64,000 nt of DNA from Candidatus Limiplasma sp. (GTDB taxonomy: Bacteria > Bacillota > Clostridia > Christensenellales > Aristaeellaceae). The stretch lies in contig CAXXOK010000007.1 in the NCBI GenBank assembly GCA_963664595.2, forward strand, positions 293,287-357,286, read 5' to 3'. Of this stretch, positions 1-9,647 are shown in pieces; position 1 is the stretch's first letter; every line of letters starts with the position of its first letter. The notes under the pieces are model-generated. The model was not told the DNA's origin, made no database searches, and was given only the letters and a program-made list of their open reading frames with translations. Both the position numbers and the translations under genes were made by a program.

Positions 1-38
1 ATCGTGCAAAGAACAAGCAATGAGAATTTTTTAATCAA
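1..38 (-). CDS. 5' end of an outward-reading ORF with a signal-peptide-like N-terminus (MIKKFSLLVLCT...) that runs off the left edge of the window
   Basis: On the minus strand, AAAGGAGA is followed 10 nt later by TTG-ATT-AAA-AAA-TTC-TCA-TTG-CTT-GTT-CTT-TGC. Only about 12 codons are visible. Confidence 0.2.
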   Translation of the reverse strand, partial: MIKKFSLLVLCT

Positions 39-76
39 TTTGCACAAATCTCCTTTCCTGTTTTTAGTACTATTTA

Positions 77-105
77 ATTATAACATACAATGTAATGAAT
101 ATCAA
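77..105 (-). promoter_or_regulatory. Sigma-A-like promoter TTGATA-17-TATAAT with extended TG, reading leftwards
   Basis: Reverse complement of 77-105 gives ttgata / 17-nt spacer ending in tgt / tataat. It lies upstream of the SD and TTG start at 38. Confidence 0.4.
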
Positions 106-582
106 ATCATCGGCAGCGCCATTTCCCATATTTCCCGCCATAAAACGGCCTGCTTCACGTTCATTCTTATTGTGCGATTTTCTTCTTATGTTCCCCATAA
201 AAGAACCGGATACCCTATGTGCATTTTTCTATTTTATCCCGTATGGATTTCCGCCTCAATGCAACTTCTTCCTATTACTTGAGCATTTTTTCCTCTGACT
301 CTGAAGCAGAAATTCACGTACCGATATTCATGTCTCGCTTTCCGGGAATATGTATAAATACCATTCTCGCATTTCAAGCTGTCAGGGATGCTCTGTTTTT
401 TTCGTGTATTTAATCAAAACGCGATAATTGTATGATTTCAGTAGAGATTTCGCAGGTTTATCCGTCTTGAGGAACACTGGAAACGTTAATAAAACGACAG
501 CTTGCAGGATCTGTCTTCGCCTGTGATCAATGCCGGGAGTCTCCATACAGCCTTTCGCAGGATGCATCCCCGCAGGGTACAG

Positions 583-607
583 CAAAAAGCTCTGCCTGCG
601 CAGAGCT
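583..607 (-). terminator. Rho-independent terminator downstream of nusB
   Basis: Stem agctctgc / gcagagct (588-595 / 600-607) with a 4-nt loop. The A-run at 584-588 on the plus strand gives a U-tail on the minus strand. Confidence 0.7.
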
Positions 608-686
608 TCTACGATGCTGTTACAGTATAAAAGGCGTTCGCCGGATTTATTGATATCCGACGGGCTGCCTTGCGCTGCGGACAGGG

Positions 687-1136
687 TCAGCCCTCTTCGC
701 TGCCCGCACTGCGTTCATCCTTGCGTTTACCGCGCTCGATCGCACCCAGCACCCCGTTGATATAACGGCCGCTGCGTGGCTCGGAGTAGCGGTTGGCCAT
801 CTCCATGGCCTCGCTGATGGACACGTTGTCCGGCACGTCGCTGCGGTGAAACAGCTCGTATACCGCCAGCCGCAGGATGCACAAATCCACCCGCGGCACA
901 CGCTCCAGCGTCCATTCGCCGCTGGAGTTTTCCGCAATCAGCGCATCGATTTCCGTTTGATTGGCAAGCACCCCATCCAAGATATCCATAATAAAGGTAA
1001 GGTCTTCTTCCGAGGGTTTCCCGCTGTCCCTGAGGTGCTCATAGACCAGCGCAATAGCATCGTCGCTCGTTTCTCCGCCGCACGACCGCTGATACAATAG
1101 CTGCATCGCCGCCTGTCTGGCTACCGATCGTGCCAT
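687..1136 (-). CDS. nusB: Transcription antitermination factor NusB
   Basis: 149 aa with typical NusB length and sequence (ARQAAMQLLYQ..., LAVYEL, YINGVLG). Sits in the conserved asp23-amaP-nusB context. Confidence 0.9.
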   Translation of the reverse strand: MARSVARQAAMQLLYQRSCGGETSDDAIALVYEHLRDSGKPSEEDLTFIMDILDGVLANQTEIDALIAENSSGEWTLERVPRVDLCILRLAVYELFHRSDVPDNVSISEAMEMANRYSEPRSGRYINGVLGAIERGKRKDERSAGSEEG

Positions 1137-1158
1137 CCGTTACACTCCGTTTCCTGCA

Positions 1159-1392
1159 TTACTCGCCCTTGGGCGGGAAAATTTTATTGATAAAATTCTT
1201 AATCCCGACTATTTTCTGGTTGTTGGACCCAAACAGGTATCCCACCGCAAAGAAGATCGCAACAAGCAGCGTTTTCCAGAAGCCCAGGAAAATGAGCATA
1301 AACGCCAGCGCCGCACCGCACAGCCCGATCAGCCAGCCGCAGTGCTTGGTGCCGATCGTTAACCATTTTGTTTTTTCTTCGTTACTCATCAT
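1159..1392 (-). CDS. DUF2273-type small integral membrane protein
   Basis: 77 aa with two hydrophobic helices. Its start overlaps the amaP stop (ATGATGA), the canonical position in Asp23 operons. Confidence 0.75.
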   Translation of the reverse strand: MMSNEEKTKWLTIGTKHCGWLIGLCGAALAFMLIFLGFWKTLLVAIFFAVGYLFGSNNQKIVGIKNFINKIFPPKGE

Positions 1393-2351
1393 GCATCCTC
1401 CTCAGTATCATGCGGATCAGCCCCCGCATGTCCCTTCTTTTTGCCTTTCTTGTCCGGCTTCTCACTTTCCTCCGCCGGATTCTCATCGGCCTGCGCCGCC
1501 TGTTCTGGCATTAATTCCTGATCAGGCTGCTCCGGCTCTGCCGGTGCAGCTTCCAAGGGTGTAGCCGGCTCATAGACCACGGACACCGCCGGTTCTTCTG
1601 GCAGCTCCTTCTTTTTCATCTCTTCCAGGGGTTCCTCGCCCCGTTTGCCGAAGATACGCTGGTGCAGGGTTTCCTTTTTTTCTTCTTCCTGCGCGGGCGT
1701 AGCATCGGACTGGATGGCCTTTTGCACAGCGTCGTTCAGGCGGTCCACCATGCGGCCGGCTTTTTCCGCCGCGTCCACATCGGCTTCGATTTCGCTGGTT
1801 TTCTCGGTTTTATGCTTCAGCCCCATGTTGTTGGACGTATCCACAAACACGCGGACTTCCTTCACATCCACGCCGGAGCAGGAGGTGATGTACTGCTTGG
1901 TTTGCCGCTGCAGCGCGCTGACGATCATGGGGATGTTCACGCCGTTTTCCAGCAGAATCCGGATGGATACAATCACACCATCACGCGTATGGGTTATCTT
2001 GGTCTGGGACACCTTCAGCTCATCGTTCATATCGACGCACTTTTTCACCATGTTTTCCATGGCGTTCATCGAAATGTTCAAATCACCGTATTCCGTGCGC
2101 TGCAGGATGAAGCCTTTTTCCTTATTGGAGCGGAAAACCTTGCTTACGCCCAGCAGCCCGAGCAGTACCAGCAAAAGCGAGACCGCCACCATCAGCACAT
2201 GCTGCCAGAAGGTGATGGGCCCTTCGAAAAACGAAAGATCCAGCTGAAAGGGAAAGATCCCGATCCCGTAGACAAACAAGCCGATTCCCAATGTTAACAA
2301 TACAAGCCCCGCCAGCCCGGTCAGCAGGCGGTCAATCCATGAACGTTTCAT
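1389..2351 (-). CDS. amaP: Alkaline-shock-response membrane anchor AmaP-like protein with a long E/K/P-rich C-terminal tail
   Basis: N-terminal TM hairpin followed by an Asp23-like soluble region. GGAGGG SD lies 7 nt upstream. The last ~120 aa are low-complexity and charged. Confidence 0.7.
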   Translation of the reverse strand: MKRSWIDRLLTGLAGLVLLTLGIGLFVYGIGIFPFQLDLSFFEGPITFWQHVLMVAVSLLLVLLGLLGVSKVFRSNKEKGFILQRTEYGDLNISMNAMENMVKKCVDMNDELKVSQTKITHTRDGVIVSIRILLENGVNIPMIVSALQRQTKQYITSCSGVDVKEVRVFVDTSNNMGLKHKTEKTSEIEADVDAAEKAGRMVDRLNDAVQKAIQSDATPAQEEEKKETLHQRIFGKRGEEPLEEMKKKELPEEPAVSVVYEPATPLEAAPAEPEQPDQELMPEQAAQADENPAEESEKPDKKGKKKGHAGADPHDTEEDA

Positions 2352-2428
2352 ATGCTACCCTCCATACGGTAAGCGAATCGGAGGAGTAAAACCCCAAAAG
2401 AGCGTTACATCGTCTTTTGGGGTCAAGC

Positions 2429-3010
2429 TCACGCTTCAGGTTCCTGCTCCTGATCCTCATCCTGGCCGGAGGGCTGTTCTGCCTCGTCCTCCACGGCCTC
2501 TTTGTCTGCTTTTGCTTTTTTCTTTTTGGATTCGGGGGCCGGCTTGCCCTTATCCTTTTTCTCTTCCAGCGCGGGGGCCTGCTCGTCGGCAAGCTTCGCG
2601 TTTTCCAGCCCGGCTTCCTCTTCCAGCTTTTCTTTTTCAAAGCTCACGCCGTTTACATGAACGTCTACCCGCACGACATGGAGCCCCGTCATCGTTTCAA
2701 TCGCCTTGCGAACGCTTTCCTGCACGTCCTGCGCCGCAATCTGGATCGGCGTGCCGTATTCCACGATCACATACAGATCCACCGAGGCTTCCTCTGCGCC
2801 GATCTCCACTTTAACGCCTTTTTTTACGTTTCTGGAACGGACGAAAACATCCGAAAACCCACCGCCGGAACACATGCCCGCAATGCCCTCCACCTCGTTG
2901 GCGGCAACGCCCGCGATGATGGCGATCACTTCATTGGCATAGGTAATGGTTCCTGTGGAATCATTCTCTCTGGCTAAACTCAAGGGTAAATTATCCCTTT
3001 TCGAGGCCAT
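2429..3010 (-). CDS. Asp23/Gls24 family envelope stress protein with a charged C-terminal tail
   Basis: Asp23 core (ITYANEVIAIIAGVAANEVEGIAGM...). I chose the ATG at 3010, 7 nt after AAGGAGG, over the GTG at 3016. Confidence 0.85.
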   Translation of the reverse strand: MASKRDNLPLSLARENDSTGTITYANEVIAIIAGVAANEVEGIAGMCSGGGFSDVFVRSRNVKKGVKVEIGAEEASVDLYVIVEYGTPIQIAAQDVQESVRKAIETMTGLHVVRVDVHVNGVSFEKEKLEEEAGLENAKLADEQAPALEEKKDKGKPAPESKKKKAKADKEAVEDEAEQPSGQDEDQEQEPEA

Positions 3011-3046
3011 GCCCACACCTCCTTAGGTTCTGGGGTACCGACCGTA

Positions 3047-3075
3047 ATTATAACAGAATGTGCAAGGTTTGACAA
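3047..3075 (-). promoter_or_regulatory. Promoter TTGTCA-17-TATAAT for the asp23 operon
   Basis: Reverse complement gives ttgtca / 17 nt / tataat, about 35 nt upstream of the asp23 start. Confidence 0.5.
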
Positions 3076-3163
3076 TAAACAGCTCCATAACCCCATCTGC
3101 CCGCCCGGCTGCTGCTTCCAGCCCCACGGAAATGTTACAATTAAAAGGATTCCGCCGCGCCGG

Positions 3164-3192
3164 TTGCTTTTGCGTCCGTTTGCCGATATGAT
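3164..3192 (+). promoter_or_regulatory. Promoter TTGCTT-17-TATGAT for the LRR protein gene
   Basis: ttgctt at 3164-3169, 17-nt spacer, tatgat at 3187-3192. Confidence 0.45.
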
Positions 3193-3250
3193 AATCGCAG
3201 ACAATTCTTCCCTTACCATTTTCCGCCTGCGCCGGGCGAAAGGAGACCGT

Positions 3251-4750
3251 ATGAAAGCACATTGCCGCTACGCCGCCGTTCTCCTCCTGCTGATGCTCAG
3301 CCTGTTTTCCGCCGCTTGCGCACAGGGCGCGGAAGCGGACGCCTCGGCGGAGACGCTCACCCTGACGGGGGACACAGCTGCCTCCCTCGCGTTTCTGGCC
3401 GATAATACCGCCCTGGAGGAGCTGACCCTGCTCAACTGCCCGGCCGTTGACCTGACGCCGCTGACCACCTGCAAGCGCCTGCGGTCGCTCACCCTCATCC
3501 GGGATGAAGGGTCCACGGAAACCGGCGTGTTTGATCTTTCGCCGCTGGTGAAGTGCACGCAGCTGCGCTCACTCACACTGCAGGGTCCCTGCGTGGCCGA
3601 TCTGACCCCGTTGAAAAAGATGCAGGCCCTCACAGGGCTGTCCGTCCTGTCCCTTTCGGCGGATGACTACACGCCCATCGCATCCATGCGGATCAGCTAC
3701 CTTCAGATCGGCGGAGTGCCCGCCGACCAGCTGGCCGTTATCTTCAAGGCGCTGGGCAAGCGGCTGGAAGGCGCCGTGATCGCGGATTGCACGCTCACAC
3801 CGGAAGCCAACGAGGCCATTCTGCGCAGCCCGAAGCTGCTGTCGCTGCGTTTTAACCGGGTAAGCGGCATTGCCACCGGCGCCGACGATTGGAACGGACT
3901 TACCAAAATCACCGGCGTGCAGATGTCCGGCTGCCCGCTGGACGGGCTTGCGTTTCTTTCCCATTACATTGCCGACGTGATCGTGAAGCTTGAGGATATT
4001 GTGATCGGCGGTACTGTTTGCAGTGTGGATTTTGACAAGTATTTTCTCAAAACCGACAACGTTCCCCCGGACGCGATGCTTTCCTTCCTCGGCGGCTCCG
4101 GCTGCCGCTGGCTTTATGCCACGGTCGGCATGGAAACCGGTACGGTTTCCCGGGAGGTGATCGCCGTATTTGCCGATATCGGAAGTCTGCTCTCGCTGGA
4201 TGTGCAGGCCGTAGCACCCGACGCGTGGGACGCGCAGGCCTGGCACGGCTTTCCCAGGCTGGAGCAACTGAAGATGAATGGCTCCGGCGTTTCCGACGCC
4301 GCCTGCCTGCAATCGCTGACGGGGCTGAAACGGCTGACCCTTTCCCATACGGAAGTGATCCACAGTGAAGCGCTCGGCGTGCTGACCGGGCTGCAGCAGC
4401 TGTCGCTGCTCTCCTGCGAGATGGACGGCTGGGAGTATCTGAGCCGCCTCTCCTCGCTGCATCTGTTTGCCGCGGCGGATTGCAACGGCCCCGCCTCGCT
4501 AACCTTTGTAACGGCGCTCAAAAAGCTGGAAACCCTGGCCGTAGAAAACGCGCCCGTTACGGATATCACCCCGCTTGCGCGGCATTCGCTGGAATCTTTA
4601 TATCTGTACGGCTGCCCGATTGAGGACTACGCACCCCTTGCCACGCTGCCGAACCTGTTCATCCTCTCCTGCAACGAGGACGCGGCGCTTCCGTCCATTG
4701 GCTGCCGCATCCTGCGCCGCCGTATGATCGATACCGGGGAGCCGCTGTAA
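3251..4750 (+). CDS. Secreted leucine-rich-repeat (internalin-like) protein
   Basis: The ATG at 3251 follows AGGAGA. Signal peptide MKAHCRYAAVLLLLMLSLFSAACAQG. Repeated L-x-L-x-x-C/N-x-x-x-DLTPL LRR units run throughout. Confidence 0.8.
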   Translation: MKAHCRYAAVLLLLMLSLFSAACAQGAEADASAETLTLTGDTAASLAFLADNTALEELTLLNCPAVDLTPLTTCKRLRSLTLIRDEGSTETGVFDLSPLVKCTQLRSLTLQGPCVADLTPLKKMQALTGLSVLSLSADDYTPIASMRISYLQIGGVPADQLAVIFKALGKRLEGAVIADCTLTPEANEAILRSPKLLSLRFNRVSGIATGADDWNGLTKITGVQMSGCPLDGLAFLSHYIADVIVKLEDIVIGGTVCSVDFDKYFLKTDNVPPDAMLSFLGGSGCRWLYATVGMETGTVSREVIAVFADIGSLLSLDVQAVAPDAWDAQAWHGFPRLEQLKMNGSGVSDAACLQSLTGLKRLTLSHTEVIHSEALGVLTGLQQLSLLSCEMDGWEYLSRLSSLHLFAAADCNGPASLTFVTALKKLETLAVENAPVTDITPLARHSLESLYLYGCPIEDYAPLATLPNLFILSCNEDAALPSIGCRILRRRMIDTGEPL

Positions 4751-4754
4751 GCGC

Positions 4755-6896
4755 CTACTCGTCTTCCAAAGCGTTCATTTCCGCAACCAGCGCGGAGGTG
4801 CCGATGCCAATGATCTCCGTTGTTTTGCGCGCGCTGGTAATGCCGTCGTATTCCCCGATATTGTTGAGCTGTCTGCCCATAAACAGGATGACGGACGTCT
4901 GTCCGCCGTCCATGTTCAGCGCCGCCTGGCAGCCCATATTATACATCAGCGTCGCCAGATGCGTCATGGTGATGCCGTCGCTGTGGTTGAGCCGACCCTC
5001 CGCCATGATCGCCGCGTAGTGTCCCGGCTCAATCATACCGATAGCGCAGCGCGGGTTGGTCCATTTTCCCCAGCTGTCGGCCGCCGGATTGATCTCGCCG
5101 TTGTTGATCAGGTACGGGCCGAAGGAATAGACATCCGTCGCGCCCAGGTCCAGGTACTCCTGCGCGGTCAGGTCATAAGAGGTATGCACCTCCAGCCTGC
5201 CGTCACCAAACAGGGCCAGCGTATCCATGTTGGGAAACATCGTGGTCGCCTGCGGGTAGGGATCGTTGACCAGCACGGCGCCGTCACGGATTATAATCCC
5301 CTTTTTACGCCGTGTCTGGCTGGACAGGCGGTAGGTATAATAATCTGTATTCAAGCCGAATACAACGTTATATTTCCGGGCGATTTCCGCCGCGTCCACG
5401 CTGACCTTGCCAATCGCCGTATCGTCATACTGGAGGGAATTGAGCACCTCGCCCGCCGATACATCCGACCAGATTTCAGCCTCAAACCAGCGCAGCGGCG
5501 TTTCCAGATCAATCTTGCGCTGGATGATCACCTTTAACGTCTGTGAGATATAGATCCACAGCCCGGCATCGTTGTTATCGTATACGAATTCCCCTTCATC
5601 CACAAATCCGGCTGCGTTAAGCTGCGGAAGCACCTCCGTATAGCTCACCTCGGGTGATTCCGCCGCCGCCGCTTCCGGCAGTTCCTCCGCCGGTGCAGAG
5701 GTTACTCGTTCCATGACATTTTCGAGATAATCGCCGCCAAGCACATCCTCCCCAACCTCCGATTCCGCCAATCCGAACAGGGTGTTGTCATACTTCACCC
5801 CGGTGGTTTCCATGCTGGAGGAGGTGGTTTGCTGGGTTATATGCAGCGCGTAGGCCCCGGCGGCCAGCTCCAGACCGGTTTTGCCGTCCATGTTTTGCAG
5901 CGGCACGCTCCAGTCCAGCGTGATCTGATTCTCTTCATATAGATGGGCATACAGCTTTTGCACCTGCCAGACGCCGTACAGCGCCGCGGACTCGGAATAC
6001 TTTTCCGCGTCCCCCGCCGCTTCGTAAGCCTTCAGCGCAAGCTCCGCCGTATAGCGGTGCGCACCGTGGCCGTATTCGCCGCCGAAATCATGGGTCACCA
6101 GCACCTTGGGCTTATACTTGCGCAGCAGCTCCACCACAAATTCAACCGATGTCTGCCGCCCCCAGTTTTTGGCGCAGTCGTCGGCCGTTGTGGTATAGGT
6201 GTCTATAAATTCTCCGATCACGGGATAATGCCGCACGCCCATCGCCCACAGGCCGTTGAGCAGCTCGCTGCGCCGCGTGGTGTTGGAATACGTCATATAC
6301 GCGACAACCACCTTGCGCTGCTGCTCCACCGCATAGGTGGGTATCGCGCCGCCGAAAAACAGCAGCTCGTCGTCGGGATGCGCGACCAGAAACATCAGGT
6401 CCGCGTCCTCCTGGGTCGGCTGCCAGCGCTGCACCCAGGCCGGAACCGTGCCCTCCGAAAAGAGAAATACCTCGTTGATGGCCAAATCCTTATAGGTGCC
6501 CGTATCCTCCACATAGATCCGCAGTATGCTCACACCGTACAGCGGTATATACACATGCTCGTACTCGTTCGTCATTTCGTTGAGGGTTACCCATTCTCCC
6601 GAAATATTGGTCTGCAAAAGCCAGGTGTCCGGCTCATCGGCAAAGCAGATATAGATGCCGTAGCAGTCCACACCGGCCGGCATCGTGATTTGCACGTAAG
6701 GTCCCCGCTTTTCCGAGCTCACCCATTTGGTGGTGTATTTTCCGTCGTGCATCAGGCTGGGCTTCAGCCGGGTAAAGGAGGTGGTAAAGCCGCAGTCCTG
6801 CGTGATATCCAGCGCTTCCCCGGCCGACGCGCAGGAGAGCAAAGCCGTAAGGGCCAGCAGCAGCGCAAGCCCCATGGTCCAGGCCAAACGTTTCAT
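4755..6896 (-). CDS. Secreted three-domain enzyme: discoidin-like N-domain, PIG-L/LmbE-type deacetylase, and phosphodiester glycosidase (NAGPA/DUF2233-like)
   Basis: Signal peptide present. PIG-L motif AHPDDELLFFGG. C-terminal segment NPRCAIG...AEGR...ALNMDGGQTS matches the NAGPA-family ALNLDGGGS signature. AGGGAGGGAA SD. Confidence 0.8.
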   Translation of the reverse strand: MKRLAWTMGLALLLALTALLSCASAGEALDITQDCGFTTSFTRLKPSLMHDGKYTTKWVSSEKRGPYVQITMPAGVDCYGIYICFADEPDTWLLQTNISGEWVTLNEMTNEYEHVYIPLYGVSILRIYVEDTGTYKDLAINEVFLFSEGTVPAWVQRWQPTQEDADLMFLVAHPDDELLFFGGAIPTYAVEQQRKVVVAYMTYSNTTRRSELLNGLWAMGVRHYPVIGEFIDTYTTTADDCAKNWGRQTSVEFVVELLRKYKPKVLVTHDFGGEYGHGAHRYTAELALKAYEAAGDAEKYSESAALYGVWQVQKLYAHLYEENQITLDWSVPLQNMDGKTGLELAAGAYALHITQQTTSSSMETTGVKYDNTLFGLAESEVGEDVLGGDYLENVMERVTSAPAEELPEAAAAESPEVSYTEVLPQLNAAGFVDEGEFVYDNNDAGLWIYISQTLKVIIQRKIDLETPLRWFEAEIWSDVSAGEVLNSLQYDDTAIGKVSVDAAEIARKYNVVFGLNTDYYTYRLSSQTRRKKGIIIRDGAVLVNDPYPQATTMFPNMDTLALFGDGRLEVHTSYDLTAQEYLDLGATDVYSFGPYLINNGEINPAADSWGKWTNPRCAIGMIEPGHYAAIMAEGRLNHSDGITMTHLATLMYNMGCQAALNMDGGQTSVILFMGRQLNNIGEYDGITSARKTTEIIGIGTSALVAEMNALEDE

Positions 6897-7646
6897 TTAT
6901 TTCCCTCCCTGATTCAGCACAACACAGAATGGATCGTAAAACCATCCGCTTCCGCTTTGCACGGTGAGCTTGTCCACATCCAGCGATACGGCGGGTCTGG
7001 CGCCTTCATTTTGTACAACCACCCGGATGTACCCCAGATTCCCGTTTTCCTTGGTGCATACCGTGCCGTAATCGTACGTGGAACTCTGGGTGCGCGTCCA
7101 GTACGGGCTGGAGCCGTTGGAATATTGAAACAGGCCGTTTTGCAGGGCATAGGCGGTGGGATAGCCGCGCCGTGCGTAATCGATCGTAAAGCCATAGGCT
7201 TTGTTTTTCAGGTCTTCCCGCGTCAGCAGCGTGATCAGGCCGCCGTCGTCCCCGGGAATCATCATCGCCTTTTCATCCTGGGTGAAGTGCGTCAGAAACG
7301 CGCCGTTGAGGTCTTCGTACATTTCAGTGGCGGAAAAATCGCCCCCGTTGCGGATATACGCCACATCGTCGTAATGGATACGGTGGTTGAACAGCACATA
7401 CTCGCTGACCATCAGCGCCACGCCCCCATCGACGGACAGGATGCGCCACAGAATCGGCTCCAGGCCGCCTTCCAGCGTTTGCGGATAGGCGCCAAGGTTC
7501 AGGTACAGGTATCCCGCCTGCGGATCATACCCCCGCAGGAGACTGGTATCCGCGCAGGACATACCGGAAAAACTAATGCACAGCGTACAGATCAACGCCG
7601 CGCACAGCCATCGCACATACAATTTTGGTTTTCTTTGGGCCGACAT
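6897..7646 (-). CDS. Secreted hypothetical protein (DUF6273-like)
   Basis: 249 aa with a signal-anchor N-terminus and an AAGGAGGA SD. Its stop abuts the start of the downstream deacetylase/glycosidase gene. Confidence 0.7.
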   Translation of the reverse strand: MSAQRKPKLYVRWLCAALICTLCISFSGMSCADTSLLRGYDPQAGYLYLNLGAYPQTLEGGLEPILWRILSVDGGVALMVSEYVLFNHRIHYDDVAYIRNGGDFSATEMYEDLNGAFLTHFTQDEKAMMIPGDDGGLITLLTREDLKNKAYGFTIDYARRGYPTAYALQNGLFQYSNGSSPYWTRTQSSTYDYGTVCTKENGNLGYIRVVVQNEGARPAVSLDVDKLTVQSGSGWFYDPFCVVLNQGGK

Positions 7647-7877
7647 AGGTTCCTCCTTGCAGACATGAGGAAAACAGGCAAATCGGTTTTGTACACCCTC
7701 ATGATACTATCTCCGAAATTGCGTGTCAATGCGGCCCCCGCCGCCAGCGGCATGCTTTGCAGGTTTTTACAGTCCAATGTAAAAACCGCGTGTCTGCAAG
7801 GGTGCGCGTTGACAGGCGCGGCGGGTTTCAGTATAATGCAACCAAAGTTTGACTGGCAAAGGAACGATTACGGCTAT

Positions 7878-8924
7878 ATGGCAACGATCAAACGGCTCAC
7901 GGCACTGTTTTTTTTGTTTGTACTGGTGTGTACCGCAGGCGCGGCGGCGGCCGACAAGCAGATTACGGTCACGTTTCTGGGCGACTGCACCCTGGGCTCC
8001 GAGGAAAAGGTATACGCCTGGGACAGCGGCTTTGCGGCCGCCGTGAAACGGGAAGGATACGCCTATTTTTTCAGCGGGGTCTCCTCGCTGCTGTCGCAGG
8101 ACGACCTGACCGTGGCCAACTTTGAAGGCGTTTTAAAGAATACCGCGTCCGGCAAGACGCAGCGGATTTTCAATTTCCGGGGTCTGCCGGAGTACGCGCA
8201 GATTTTGGCGCTTGGCAGCGTGGAAGCGGTCAGCCTGGAAAACAACCACGCCGATGATTACGATGTATACGGCAGGCGCACCACCAAAGCGGCGCTCACC
8301 GAAGCCGGAGTAAACTGGTTTGATAAGGACGACGCGTATATTTATGAAAAGGACGGCATCCGCATCGCCTTTGTTAGCGCCTGGCAGCAGCTGATGTTCT
8401 ACAACCGCCAGTACTACCGGGACACGATCGCATCCCTTAAGGAAAGCGGCGTACAGGCTGTGGTCGTTTATGTGCATTTCGGGCAGGAATATAATCCCCA
8501 TCATGTGGAGCAGCAGTCGAATATCGCCTATTTGTTTATCGACGCGGGCGCGGACCTGGTGGTGGGCAGCCACCCGCATGTGCTGCAGGGCATGGAGATC
8601 TACCAGAACAGCACCATTTTCTACAGTCTGGGTAATTTCGTATTCGGAGGCAACGTCAATGTGCGCGCGCTGGAAACCGTGATTCCGCAGGTAACCTTTG
8701 CGTTCTCGGATGATGGAACCTATCTGTCCCAGCAGGTGCGGCTCTATCCCGCCAACATATCCGGGAGCACGGAGGGAAACACGTATCAGCCGGTGCTGGT
8801 AACGGGCGAAGCCGCCGAGGCCGTGTACCAGCTGATTGATCAGGACAGCCTGCAGTCCCCCGCGCCGGTTTTGCGGGAGCAGACCGACGCATACCGGGAT
8901 TACGAGCCGGTTTACGCCCCGTAG
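7878..8924 (+). CDS. CapA-family metallophosphatase-like protein, secreted
   Basis: Real start at the ATG at 7878 (MATIKRLTALFFLFVLVCTAGAAAA signal). CapA motifs VANFEG, LENNHADDYD, VGSHPHVLQG. The upstream 645 codons of the 993-aa ORF are antisense shadow. Confidence 0.85.
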   Translation: MATIKRLTALFFLFVLVCTAGAAAADKQITVTFLGDCTLGSEEKVYAWDSGFAAAVKREGYAYFFSGVSSLLSQDDLTVANFEGVLKNTASGKTQRIFNFRGLPEYAQILALGSVEAVSLENNHADDYDVYGRRTTKAALTEAGVNWFDKDDAYIYEKDGIRIAFVSAWQQLMFYNRQYYRDTIASLKESGVQAVVVYVHFGQEYNPHHVEQQSNIAYLFIDAGADLVVGSHPHVLQGMEIYQNSTIFYSLGNFVFGGNVNVRALETVIPQVTFAFSDDGTYLSQQVRLYPANISGSTEGNTYQPVLVTGEAAEAVYQLIDQDSLQSPAPVLREQTDAYRDYEPVYAP

Positions 8925-9016
8925 CCCGCAAATCCCATTGATTTTATGAAAAAACGGGACTATGATGGGAATACGGTTCGTTAGGTAAGTATCAGGCAAA
9001 GGAGGCATGTGGCGCT

Positions 9017-9598
9017 ATGAAAAAAAGTTTAGCGTTCGTTATCACCCTGCTGCTGGCCCTAAGCATCGGGACAGCCGCGCTGGCCTATACGACCATGTAC
9101 GTATACACCTCCAACGGAAATTCTTTGAACCTGCGTGACGCGCCCAGCATGATCGGCAATATTATGACCCTCATCCCCAACGGCGCTGCCGTGCGGGTGA
9201 ACGACGTGTTCGACGACAGCTGGTATTCCGTATCCTACGGCGGCTATACCGGCTATGCCATGGCGCGTTATCTGGTGTACGGATCGTATCCCTACACGCC
9301 CACGGCCCCACCGGCGCCGATTGTCACATCCACCTGCACCTCCTTCCCCAATGATATTTTCTACGGATTTCAGGATGTGTCGTACAGGGCGCTGGTCAGG
9401 CCCAGCAACCCGGCCGGGTATGTGAACCTGCGGTGGGCGCCCTCGCTGCTTGCGGATATCCACTCCCGGTATTATGCCAATTCCATTCTGACCGTGATGA
9501 GCCAGAACTCCCTGTGGTGCCAGGTGCTGGATGAAGAGGGCGAGGTCATGGGCTTCATGATGCGCCAGTTTCTCTCCCCGTACTACGGCGACAGCTGA
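9017..9598 (+). CDS. Secreted protein with two bacterial SH3 (SH3b) domains
   Basis: Signal peptide, then two segments of the SH3b pattern (LNLRDAPS...G...V...W..V.Y.G.TGY....YL and VNLRWAPS...). Confidence 0.75.
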   Translation: MKKSLAFVITLLLALSIGTAALAYTTMYVYTSNGNSLNLRDAPSMIGNIMTLIPNGAAVRVNDVFDDSWYSVSYGGYTGYAMARYLVYGSYPYTPTAPPAPIVTSTCTSFPNDIFYGFQDVSYRALVRPSNPAGYVNLRWAPSLLADIHSRYYANSILTVMSQNSLWCQVLDEEGEVMGFMMRQFLSPYYGDS

Positions 9599-9647
9599 AC
9601 ACCGGTTTCTCCCTGTTTGATGGAGGGTGTGGAAAGGAAGGTTCCCT

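Noticed and set aside
5943-7877. N-terminal 645 codons of the 993-aa ORF 5943..8924 (+)
   Set aside because: It is antisense to two well-supported minus-strand genes. The translation is Arg/Gly/His/Pro-rich with no motifs, as expected for the shadow frame of GC-rich genes. The real CapA-like CDS starts at 7878 with its own signal peptide.
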